Source: Sphagnum compactum (taxonomy: Eukaryota). From it: a stretch of 64,000 bases of DNA. Both the position numbers and the translations under genes were made by a program. The stretch is taken from positions 2,976,001 to 3,040,000 of the forward strand of contig OZ234494.1 of the NCBI GenBank assembly GCA_965153455.1, read 5' to 3'. The notes beneath the pieces are model-generated. The model was not told the origin of the DNA and made no database searches. It worked only from the letters and a program-made list of their open reading frames with translations. Below, piece after piece: positions 1 to 12,200 of this stretch (the stretch's first letter is position 1; each line of letters begins with the position of its first letter).

Positions 1-3000
1 AAAAACATCTGAAGGTAGATGAAAGCATGGGATGACAAAACGAACATACATCTAAGCTCCCACGTTCAGCCCTACATAAGACCTTAAGCATGCTCGATGC
101 GAGTCAAAAGACATGTCAAAGATGATGCTTGAAAAGGAATGGTTGGGTAAGTTTTCTAAAATAGTCTCTTGAAGTCGATATGTTCCCCCCTTTTACAAGT
201 TGTTCGAACAAGGGTAGACATGTTGTTTCAACTAGGGGAGAAGTTCCTGAAACAATTTCAAGTGCGTCTAGAAGGGGAGTGAACCCCAACTGCTCGCCCA
301 AATAGCCTTTAATAAGAATAACATGAATTGAACAAAAATCTAGAAGTAATGATAGGCACTACTACCACCCAACTCCCCAACTTAAAAAGTCACCAATGAA
401 ATGGTCATTATTAAGATGAGGCCTATACCTCTACTAGAAATGGGGAGAGAAACTTGCCAACACACCAAAATGGCCTCTGGACACTCAAGAGAATTTGGGC
501 CTAAAAGCCTCTTGAAAACCTACATGAAGGATGAGTTGAAGGAAGCGAGCTAGTGCAGAAGCTCAAGAGGGGTGGGAAAGCACACGGCAAATAAGGTGTT
601 TTCTTTGTTATAGAATTTCTCTTCTTTGTTTCTAATTCTCTTTTACAAAAATCATCAACGGGTGAATTTTATCCCTAATCTAAAAAAATATGGAAACAAG
701 AACATAAAGATTTTTTTGCTTATTCACAAAGAACAAAATTAATATGAATTCCCACACATAAAATCAAATAGGAAAAAACTTCAAAAATTTCAAAAGTGTA
801 GTGATTCATAAAATCAAAAACTCCAAAAGTTACAAAAATAAAAAGAGATTTTTATTTCATCTTTAAAAATCCTCCTATTTGCACTAAGTCATAGTGTTGT
901 TTCAACTTAAATAATCACTAGCCAATACAAACTCAAATCAAAGTAGGAATTAATGGTCACAAGTTTAAATCAACATGTTTTATCATTAACCGGTTACTTG
1001 TTCACATTACAAATTGATTAACTTAAGGATCTGTTATCCAGTAATAACTAAAATAGTCTCAAAAATGGTATTGCCTCATCAGTTATTAGTTGGTACAACG
1101 GGTTACTATATAAATAATGAAAAATTGGGTTAACAAAAGTCTATGTGCGAAACATCGAAAAAGGATCTCAACAATAACCTAAACATCCCCCAACTTCAAA
1201 ACACATCTACATGGCAAACATCTTCATCCAAAACATCATGCAATAAGGAAAAGGAAAGTGACATAGAACCAAAGGGGACCCCTAAAACCCTATTGTTGTC
1301 AAGAGGGCAATAAAAACCATGAAAAGGTTAAAACCAGTTGGCAAACTAAAAGGGGATTAAGCCATTTATGGGGTTGGACAATTAAACCCACTAAGGCCAA
1401 CTAGGAAGTAAAATGGTCAAAAACGAGGGGAACGAAGGAGGCAAGGTTGAAGATGTGATTGTCATCTATCAACAATGGGAAGAGACACAAAGAAAAAACA
1501 CCAGAAGAGGTTTGCAAGGCATGGAAATGAGCTAGAGCAAAAAGAGGTTTGGTAAACATGTCGCCTTGATGCATTCCCATAGACCAAAGGATAACATGTA
1601 ACTTTCCCTTGAAGGAATGATGATTAAATAACAAATGCAACTACTAAGCATAAAAAAAACGAACAAAAAGAAAGAATATAAATAATTGGCCTCCTGTTGC
1701 ATGAAGTTCCTAGAAACTGGCCTTACGCAAGATGGAGTCAAATGTGTTCACCATGTTCATTTGTAACACCACCCAATCGAGATGTCTAAAGTAGTTCAAA
1801 TACCATGCACCATTGTCTCACACCTACCCCTATATGCCACACCAAACAAATGAGGCAACAAATGAGAAGAGAACACATTTTGGAACTAAAAACACAAGGC
1901 TCTACTAACCAACTGGTAGAGGACCTTGCCCAAAAGTTTGGCCAAAGTCAAAAACCTAACAACACCAAGGATGTGAGCAATGGACCCTAGGAAACAACCC
2001 ATGGCAACATGGGAATTCAGCTAATGAAGCTAAATGAAATTACTAACAAAATCCTTAGGGTTGAATTCATCTTGAAAATGCTCAAAAACCATGCCAAAAA
2101 GTCCCCCTACAGAAAGATGGGACATGCACATGAAAGCTGACCTAGCTAAAAGAATCCAAAGATAATTTTAGGTCTTCATCCGATTGAAAGTCCATCAAAG
2201 AATAGGGGTAGAGGAAATGCAAAATTGAAGGGTGGAGAGCCTATAAAGTTGAAACGGACTTTGAGGAAACAAAAGCCAAGGCTAGGGGGACAAGGGCCCT
2301 CCCCACAAACACATATTTTCCAACACACCTTAAAGCCAAACTCCACCCAAGCCATTGCGCAAGGGGGTGGGGGGCGAAGTAGAAAAAGAATTTGAAAGGA
2401 GCATGGTCATGGAGGGACCTCAATTTAATGATAAAATAACTACAAGCACTTGCACCTAAAGAAAGTGCTCCACTTAAAACTCCTCCCAATCTCCAAACAA
2501 AAATCACTTGAGTCAAGCCCTAATTTTTTTATGCCCATCTACATCACCCTAAGTGGGGAGGATAAGACATCACTAAAGGAAAAGCAGAAATAAATGTCAG
2601 GCAACAATATTGAACAAGTCTTGAACAAGGCAATCCAAGGGTAGATGAAAAGCAATTTGCACTTTTTGTCACAAAAGGAAAAGGATCTATGAATACAAAC
2701 AAGGTTGAAGAAGACCCAAATGGAAGGCGCCAAGGGGGTCCACCTCTAACACCCAAGCCAAAGCCGCAGGGGGGGGCGAAGGGGCAAGATGGGCAAGAAG
2801 AACCCCTAAAAGAAAAAATGTGAAAAGTTTGACAATGTCATTGATGACAAGACATGCCATGTTGTGAAAAAAAAAGGCACCACATTCGGAACAGGGAACA
2901 TCACAATGGGCCCCATTCTTGCTATTAAGGGATGAAGTGGGCCCAACGTAGCAACCAACTAAAACGACCACATCGGAAAGGGGGGGAGAAAAATAAACAA

Positions 3001-3150
3001 AGGTTGAACTTAACACCAGCAAAGGGGGGAAGGAAGGGACCAAGACACCATAAATAAGGGGCAAAACACCAATACGAAAAAAGAAAACCTAGGAAGCAAA
3101 AACTACCCCCACCCAACCAAAAAAAAAACCCCCTAACGGCTCACAAATTC
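1..3150 (-). mobile_element. Degenerate non-LTR retrotransposon (CRE-like, RLE-endonuclease supergroup), copy 1, running off the left edge of the window
   Basis: Minus-strand fragments broken by stops and frameshifts: PHLFGVAYRGRCETMVHGI (~1800-1860), MGMHQGD and FPLLIDDNHIF (ORF 1401-1640, RT domains 4-5), VLGVPFGS (~1265-1290) and LPISSRGIGL (~418-450, thumb). An AT-rich insert at ~600-1130 interrupts it. The 5' boundary is approximate. Confidence 0.65.
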
Positions 3151-6100
3151 AAAACAAGAACTTGGAACCACAATGGGGGCAAGATTGATGGGCCTCTTTG
3201 TCGCACACCCATGGCGTACATTGCTCCTTCTATCACCCCTTGCTTTGTCCTTGTTAATTAAAAAAGAGTTGATCTCATGCAACTTTAAGTTATTTTTTTA
3301 TGATGTCATTGTTGTTGTTGTTTTTTGCATTTTCTATTTTGCCATCCAAACTTCTACATTGGGCTTGTTTCCAACAAACTCCAGGATGTGAACAAGTTGC
3401 AAACGCCAAATCCTCTTGTGATTGATCACCATACATGGTCTATTGCATGTGTGGCAACTCAAGTGCAATGACAAATGTGAATTAGATGATTCTTCTTCTT
3501 CTTCTTTTTCTTCTTCGTTACAATGTTTAAAAGCATGTGTTTTTGCAACTCTTAAAGGTTTCACATAACTGTTGTTGTTGTTGCATGATTATCCAAAGTA
3601 ATTGTTGTTACATTTAGGTAATATAACGACCATGACGGTGGTGGTAACAAGGAATTGGAACGAGGTGGGTTTAATTGATTAGGAGGAAACCGACTCACAA
3701 CAATAAACCATTCAGCCATAACCACACGGTGCATGTTTGGTGGAGACTTCGAGTTCACATCATCCAAAGGAAGAGAAGAATGCATGTGATGTGGCTACCC
3801 CATTGCAACAACAATGAAATCTTATGGACCTTGGTTTGTTCAAAGGTGATGCCTCTATTGTTGTTTTCGCATGAATTGCCAGCACTTTTGTCATATCAAA
3901 ATACACAAGCATGAACAAGTCAGAGCCTTTAGTTGTTTATTTTGTTTGTCATGTTAAGATCCCTCAAACCATGATGAGTCTTGTTGCACTCCTTGTCATT
4001 GGAAAGTCTTCTTGAATTCCCACCCAAAAAATAAAAGACAAAAGACTGTTTTGTTTTATTAAAAAAAATTTGAAGTATGTTGGTTCTTGGTTACAAGGTA
4101 GTCTCGATTCTAAGGTAGGTTAAGGTAATTTCTTGATTAGGTTCCAAAACCAAAATCATCACTAGAAACATTGAAACAAGGTAAATTTTTTATTCCAAAA
4201 AAAGTCCAAGAGGAACACAAAGAAGAGGAGGATGACAACAAGCACAAACCAAAAGAAAAAGATGAAGAAGAGAACAATGGTAATAGCCGTGCACCAAGAA
4301 AATACCACGAAAAGAAAAATGATGACACCAACCACGAACCAAAAAAAAAACACAAAGAGGAAGGTGACAATAGTAATGTGAATCAAGAGAAAAACATGAA
4401 AAGGAGGACGATGGCAATATGTTTAAGCATGAAACCGTAACCAAAATATTTTTCAACCAATTGCTTTAATTTCAATTAATAATTCCATTTAAGAACTGGG
4501 CTTGGGTCTTGTTACCCATTCCCTCACATTCTAGAATCAAGTGGCTAATTTTTCATTTAATTTTCAAATTTTACCCTAACCTTGAATTAACCGATTTAGG
4601 TTCTAAACGAATTTCAAAGTTTGGGTACCCAATCAACTTGGGTACTCGAACAACAATGGAATCCTTCACCATGCCTTGACACTATCTCCCACCTATTTAT
4701 GGGCTTTTGTTGCACTAAAACCCCCAAAAAGACACACACACATAAGTTAGAAAGAAAACCACATACATCCTTAAGAAAAATTTTAAATGAAATACAAAGC
4801 AAACACAAAGGTGCCTTTTGAACCCTAACACCCATATTAAATTTTCATTTTTAATCTTCATACAATCAAAAGGAATAAACATATCAAGTTGGAAAAAGAA
4901 GAAAATGCACAAAAGATTTTCTTGAAACCCTAAATCTTATTTAGTAGCACTAACATTTAAAAGTTCATACAGTCTAAATGCATGCATACATATTATTCCT
5001 TTGAATACCATTCATTTCATAAAATCATATGGATTTATTTTGTTGGCAATTTTGACTTTTTATAGTGCACAATTTATTTTCAATGCCCAATTAGTAAAAA
5101 CCCAAAACTAGGTGGGAGATTATGTTGAGGCCAATCAAAGCTCTTCTCCCCTTCTTTTATTTTATCTTATATGAAAATTATGATTATGTTGGTTATGGCA
5201 TCCAAAAATTTTAGAATAGTAAAATGGCATGTACACAATACTTTGGTAGAAATGCAACGTGTAAATAATGACACATATCTCTAGGTTTGTTCATTTGTAT
5301 AAGGGGTAATTGATTTTGTCAATTCCCAAGTTTGTAACAAAATGCAAATCTAAAGCACATTCCTTAGTTCTTGAGAATAAACAAAGGTGAAAGTTTCATG
5401 ATGCAATTAAGATGAATTCACAAGTGTAAATTCAAGGTGAAATCAACTTGCACAAACCAAGAAAAAAATTGGTTCGTGTAAATTGGAGTCAAAATGATGC
5501 AAAGACAAATCACAAACCATAGACAAACCAAATTCACAAGACACAGTAAGGCTTAAACTTTGAAAAGAGCTACCACTTCTTTTTGTATAAGATATTTTAT
5601 GATTAGTGGCAAGGGTTACATCAAAGTGATAGAGATTTTTAGGAATGTGTGGATAATCTTGAAAATTATTGATTTTGCCCAAATTATAAGTTTCACAATT
5701 TTGTGAGTTGATAATTCCCACATCAAAACTCCAATTGAAGAACTTTAAAAAGAAAAGTTATAACCTTTGAAAAGACCTTTTCAACATTTGATTCATGTTT
5801 CCTTGATTTTCATGATCAAAAGTCAAGTTGTCAATTTAATTTTCAACCTTTTTTTCATTCACAACTCGTAACTCACAACTCCAAATGGAAAATGCAAGCC
5901 CACTTTTGATATTTATGCTTCAAGACCTTCCCAATGGTATATTAGGGGCCCAATTTGCACCAACTTTACTACTTTACATTTTTGTTTCAAAAATTTGAAA
6001 TTTTGTTGAACTTTTACTTCCAAAGTCGAGACTCATTTTCTCACATTTGTGAAAGTGTGCTTGAATTCACACTCTCACAAACCATTTCCAGTTTCATGCC

Positions 6101-7444
6101 TTAAATTTGGTCACATGCCCAAAACTATGGTCGCAAGCCTAAAGCTATGGTTGCAGGCCCAAACCTGTGGTCACAACAAATTTAAAATTGTAAAATTTAT
6201 GCCTCTATCATTATGTGTAGGGTAAAACCAAAAGCCATGGGCGTTATTGCAATCAGACTTCACATAATCATTGATTTTGCTCAAACTAAAAGTCATGACA
6301 CCTTTATTTTAATAAATTGTATGATTGGTAAAGCTTGAGGTCACATGTTTTAATAAGCTTAAATATTTATTTTAATTTATTTCTTTATTTGAATAATTTT
6401 TAAAAAATTGGAACATACCATTTTTGTTTTGTTAGACCCCTTTTAAACAATGGGGAAAAAAATACTTTGGGTAACATGCTCTTCAATTACACTTGAAAAA
6501 ATTGGCATAAGGTTTTACATATATATGGTAATGAACATTTTTAGGTTTGTTTTGGGTTTGAGGGCTTGATTGAAAGTGACAACCCAAAGTGGGAAATGAA
6601 AATAAACAAGAGCCAAACATGTAAGGATAATTTCTGAGGCTTTTCATGGGTCTAAAGGCCCAACCATAGGCCCAACTAAAGGTAATAGCTTGAGGTTGGG
6701 AGTGAAAATTAAAAGAAAAATATAGGGCAAGGAACATTGTTGAGGTTTTTTTTGGGTTTGATGGTTCAATTACAAGCAATAACTTGAGGTTAATAATGAA
6801 AATCGAACAAAGATTGAACAAGGTAAAAAAACATTTTGGAATGTTTTTGAGGGTCTAAGGGTTGAATAGAAGTTTTTTACACAAACCAATATTTTCCTTT
6901 CCTTGCATCAGATTAGATCAAAAAAGATGATACACAATTTTTAAGACCATAATTTTCATGGAATCAATGAGAAGATTTGACATGTAGTTAAGAGACATTT
7001 CCTTGGGGGGCGGGGGGGGGGGGGGGGTTGGCAAGGTGGGGAGGGATTTTTTTATTTATTTATTGGTTCCCAATATGTTATCATCAAGTTCCCAAGGTTT
7101 TCCCAACAACTTTTGAAAATGTTCCCCAATTTCATAATGTGTTCCCATTAGCATTTTTTATCCCATATGTTATGGCCAAAGTTGAATTTTCATGTATATA
7201 AGCTATAAAAGAGAGGCCAAAGGAATCACATCTTGTGTTCACACCTCTTGTGTTCTTACAACCCTACAAAACTTTATTTATAAAGACATTGAAGATTTGG
7301 AAAATGTATGAAATAATAAGAAAAAAAAGAAAGGAGAATTTACAAGACGTTGATTTAGTTCAAACTAAATGTCAAAACCTCTCCATGTCAAAAATTGACC
7401 TCTTATAATAGGTCAGTTGTATTTTTTGATCATATCAAAAATCA

Positions 7445-8972
7445 ACTGCCTACAATAGGTCGGCCATTGTGATGGGAGGTGTGTCTTAAAGGGGTGGAAG
7501 TCAAAAAGTAGTTAAGCCTATGGCAATTGCCCGATTTAAGATGGAGGATGCTTGCACTTTTTTGTAATGTAATTGAAAAATTTTGATGAAAGAAAAGTAA
7601 CCAAGACAAAAAAAAGAAAGGCCTTTTAGCCCTTTCAAGCTTCAAATGGCATTGGCACAATCATGTAAAAACACATTAACTTGTTTGTGTAGACATCCAA
7701 ACACCTCAATTGCTAAAGGGATGAATTGATTAGTGGGGTGTCAGTTACAATAATTCATTTTTTTGCTTGAGTTGCATCAAAGGCAATAATCTTTAAATTG
7801 CACAAAATTAGGGAAGTAAATCTGCTCATGTTGAATTAACAATGATAACATTGGTTAGGGTGCAAATGCCATTTTTGGTGATCATAATGTTGATTTGTTA
7901 ATGAAAGGAATTGAACATGGTTGAAAGAACCACATTTAATTGTCTTCGTCCCACGTGAAAGTTAACATTTCACGCAATGGCACCAAGGGTGTCGTGAATT
8001 GCATCATGGGTTCCCATGCGCTCCTTGCCATGATCACAACATAAAAGGTGGATACCCATAGGGTCAATGGGGTGTGTGCATGTGCATCGAAAGATAACTG
8101 CAATTGAAGGATGGGGTAGTCCAAGTTGGGTTTGAAGTGTTGTGGAAAAAATTGAAGAAGATAATCAAAAGGCTAAAAATATTATTCAAATTATAAACCA
8201 ATCGTCCACCCTTGGGCCAGAACATGATAAAATTCAAACACGATGGGCCTTAAAAATATCTTGTCAAAAAAAATGTTAGAAAATGTATGATGATGTAAAT
8301 GTTTCAAGATGGATCTTGAAGTCGAACCATTTGTTGCTGGATGAGTTATTCAAATGGAGGAAAACATGCCCAAGTTGGAGGCGATAAAAGATCACATGTT
8401 GCTTTGAAGTGCTACTGAAAAGGGAAAATGTTGTTATTGATTAACACTAAGGCCTCAAAAAGCAAGGGACATTGATCAACCATAAACCTAGCAACTATGA
8501 TTAAAACTACAAGGACCTAATTCCCTAAATAGGTTGTTAGGGCAATGGTGGCTATCACACATGAGCCCAATGCCACCAAAAGTTATTGGTAGAAAGGTTT
8601 GTTTACGAGCCAAAGGTCCTTCCAAGCTATTAAAAGATCATGGACCTAATAGATGCCCAAATATTTGAAGGAATGAGAAATCAACAGTAATAATGGATTT
8701 TGTGAAATTAGAGGAAGGAAGTGTGCATCATAAGAGATATGATGGTTATTGCACGAAATAATGAATTAAAATTCTAAAAGTTATTTGAACATCACCCATT
8801 TTAAAGAGAAGATTTACATGTTAAACATCTTCTGACAAGACATCTTTGATGAAGGGTGATGTGAATGATGGGGTGCCCAATGGAACCCCCAATACTTTAA
8901 TTCCTTCTAATGGGGTGGTAAATTGGGATGGGGTGTTGAAATCAAGTGGCAAGCCGAAGGGTGACCATGTTA
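7445..8972 (-). mobile_element. Degenerate CRE-like LINE, copy 2, 3' part (RT end, thumb, CCHC knuckle, RLE endonuclease)
   Basis: Minus strand: GIKVLGVPLG (~8875-8905), LPITFGGIGL (~8563-8592), CTCTHPIDPMGIHLLCC...HDAIHD (~7990-8090), TLTNVIIVNST (~7830-7860) and FIPLAIEVFGCLH (~7687-7725). Many in-frame stops. Confidence 0.75.
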
Positions 8973-8977
8973 CACAT

Positions 8978-9281
8978 TGTTATGGACCGACTACAAACAA
9001 GTGGAGAATTACAAGACAAGACAAGCTTTATTGATCCATCAACTGGTGTTGATCTGCTAAAGGGTTGTTCCCCAGACTATCTCCTTTTATAACCCTGAGC
9101 CATACTAGTCCCAAAATATCCTAGGCCATGATATTGCCAAAAGTATCCCAAAATATCCTAGGCCATGATATTGCCAAAAGTATCCCAAAATATCCTAGGC
9201 CATGATATTGCCAAAAGTATCCCAAAATATCCTAGGACATGACATTGCCAAAAGTATCCCAAAATATCCTAGGCCATGACA
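8978..9281 (-). repeat. 3' LTR (304 bp), containing 4 full and 1 partial copy of a 37-bp tandem unit (9110-9281)
   Basis: Matches 14662-14891 except for two extra 37-bp units. Minus-strand ends are TGTCATGG...CCATAACA. Minus-strand AATAAA at 9027-9032. Confidence 0.95.
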
Positions 9282-9294
9282 TTATCCTCTCCTC
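9282..9294 (-). promoter_or_regulatory. Polypurine tract (GAGGAGAGGATAA)
   Basis: Purine run directly abutting the 3' LTR on the minus strand. Confidence 0.8.
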
Positions 9295-12200
9295 AAGCGA
9301 CATCTTCTAGATGGAGCCGGTTTGTTAGGATATCGTTGGTGAAACCGATTAACTAAGTCTTGGGCATGAACTAGGTTTCCAGCAGGCTCCCAAGTAGCTT
9401 CAGAAGGAGGATAACCTCGCCAAAAGACAAGGTACAGGAGCTTTCCACGAATCTTCTTGGAGTCCAAGACCTCCTGAACTTCAAACTCTTCTTGGCCTTC
9501 AATTTCGACTGGAGCTGGGGGTTCTTGATGACGTTCTGGGATCGGGTTTTCATGATAGGGCTCAAGCAGGGAGACATGGAAAACATTGTGGATTTTGAAC
9601 TGGGGTGGAAGCTCCAACTGGCAAGCCACTAGACCAACCAATTTGGCGATTTTGAAAGGTCCGAGGCGCTTGTAATCCAACTTGGCACATGGGCGAGTGG
9701 TAGCAATGTTCTTTATGAGAAGCCAGACCTTGTCTCCAACCTTGAAGTTTGGATGGTCCTTGCGTCGGCGGTCTGCTTGCTTCTTTTGCCACTCCTGTGT
9801 TAGCTTGAGTTCTGCCATAAGGTTCTGTTGAACCTGTCCAAGCCTCGTGGCCCTTTCTTCAGCCGAGGGGTTTACGGAGTCTCCAGGAATTTCAAGGCTG
9901 AACCTGGGATGAAAACCGTAATTGGCAAAGAATGGACTGATCCCGGTCGATGCATGTGTTGTGTTATTATAAGCAAACTCTGCTTGAGATAGTAGGTCCA
10001 GCCAGTCGTCCTGTTGGTAGTTCACAGTGCAGCGAAGGTATTGCTCGAGTGTCTGGTTTGTCCGTTCGGTTTGTCCATCTGTCTCAGGGTGGAAAGCTGA
10101 AGATAGCCGAATGTCAACTCCAAGAAGCTCGAATAGACGATGCCAGAACTTGGATGCAAACTGAGGACCTCTGTCGGACACAATTTCCTCGGGGAGTCCA
10201 TGCAGTCGGACGATCCCGTCCAGAATTAACTGAGCTGTCTCTTCTGCCGTGATTGACTTGGAACAAGGGGTGAAATGGGCCATTTTGGTGAGTCGATCGA
10301 CCACAACCAGTATTGAATTCTTGGTTCTGACAGTAGGGAGGTCCGTGATGAAGTCCATTGCAATAGATCCCCAAGGTTGGCTAGGAATCGACAGAGGTTG
10401 TAGGAGTCCAAACGGGCGATGCCTGGGAGCCTTGGATCGAGCACATGTATCACAAGACTTGACATACTCCCGTAGCATCTTGTTCATTTTGGGCCACCAG
10501 TAAGTCCTTGACACTAGTTCGTGAGTCCGTGCCATTCCAAAGTGACCTGCCAGGGTGTTGTCGTGGCATTCCCTCAGGATTTTTAGGCGTATAGGTCCTT
10601 CGGGTACATAAATCAGGTTATTTCGAAGGAGAAGTCCGTCTTGCTGCTCAAATTGATCCAAGTCATCACGATTTGGGTTCCTTGGTCGTTCCTGGAGTTC
10701 CTTCTTGATGTTGGTAGCCCAGGTGTCTTCCTCAGTTGCTATCTTGATGTCCCTAACAAGGTATGAGTCTGGGAGGGTGCTGATTGTTGCTGCAACTCGA
10801 AATTGCTTGGGGTTGAGTAAAGTCTGGTTTTGCTGGCCGTAGGCCTCATCCCCCGCTCGAAGTTCATATTTTGAACGACGAGATAGCGCGTCAGCTTTCC
10901 CTTGCTGGGTGCCGGGTTGATACTGAATCTCAAAGTCGAAATCAGCTAGGAAGATAGACCAACGTGCCTGGTGACGATTTAAGGTCCGAGTAGTTGTGAA
11001 ATAAAGGAGATTCTTGTGATCTGTCAGAACTTGGACTCGATGTTGAGCTCCGGCAAGATACGGTCTCCACTGCTCGAATGCCGTGATGATTGCCAGGAGT
11101 TCCTTATCGTAGACCTGGTAGTTGATTTTGGCACTGGTTAACTTCCGTGAATAGAAAGCAACTGGATGCAGCAACCCATCTATTCCAAATTGAGATAGAA
11201 TAGCTCCCAAGGCAAAATCTGAAGCGTCCGTTTCCACAATGAATGGCTTGGCAGGATCGGGATGTATCAGGATGGGTGCAGAGGTGAATGCCATCTTGAG
11301 AGTATCAAAAGCAGCCTGGGCCGTTGGATTCCACGAGAAGGGCTTGTCTTTGCAAGTCAGGGTTATTAACGGTGTTGTGATCTTGGAGTAGCCTTTGATA
11401 AACCGACGATAGAAGTTGGCAAACCCTAGGAAGCGTTGAACGTCCTTGACCGAGGATGGAGTAGCCCAACACTGGATGGTCTCGACCTTTGACTTGTCCA
11501 TGAAAATGCCATCTGGAGAGATCACGTAGCCGAGGAACGCCACTGAAGATTTGTCGAATTCACATTTTTCCAACTTGGCGTATAAGCCATGCTCCCGCAG
11601 CGTCGCAAGCACCAATCGTACATGTTTGTCGTGGGTTTCCTGGTCCTTGGAAAAGATTAAAATGTCATCCAAATAGACCACGACAAATTCGTCCATGTAA
11701 TCCCGGAAGATATCATTCATCAGATGCTGAAAGACTGCGGGTGCATTGGTGAGGCCGAAGGGCATGACCGTGTATTCGAAGTGGCCATAGCGTGTGCGGA
11801 AAGCTGTCTTCCATTCATCACCAGGGCGAATCCTGAGTAAGTTGTAAGCTCCACGGAGGTCAAGCTTGGTGAAGATCTTCCCGGTACGTAGTCGATCTAG
11901 GAGACCTGAAATCAAGGGCAAAGGATATCGATTCTTTTTGGTTATCTTGTTGAGTCCACGATAATCCACACAAAGTCGAAGGGAGCCATCCTTCTTCTTG
12001 ACAAACAAAATTGGGGCACCGGCTGGAGACTTGGAATGCTGAATGAACCCCTTGGCAAGATTTTCAGTAAGGTAATCACGCAGGGCTTGGAGTTCCGGTT
12101 CCGATAGGCCATAGATAGGACCAAAGGGTGGTGAGTGTCCTTCTTCTAGATCAATCGGGCAGTCATATGGACTATGGGCGGGGAGCTGATCAGCATTAAT

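Noticed and set aside
4137-4456. K/E/D-rich ORF and its hydrophobic antisense ORFs
   Set aside because: Low-complexity purine-rich sequence with no recognisable domain or splice structure.
5430-6180. Suspected degenerate dispersed repeat ending in short GGTCGCA/GGTTGCA units
   Set aside because: No second copy or termini within the window to support a call.
9110-9281. 37-bp direct repeats resembling a CRISPR array
   Set aside because: The units are contiguous with no unique spacers, lie inside an LTR, and there are no cas genes in this eukaryotic context.
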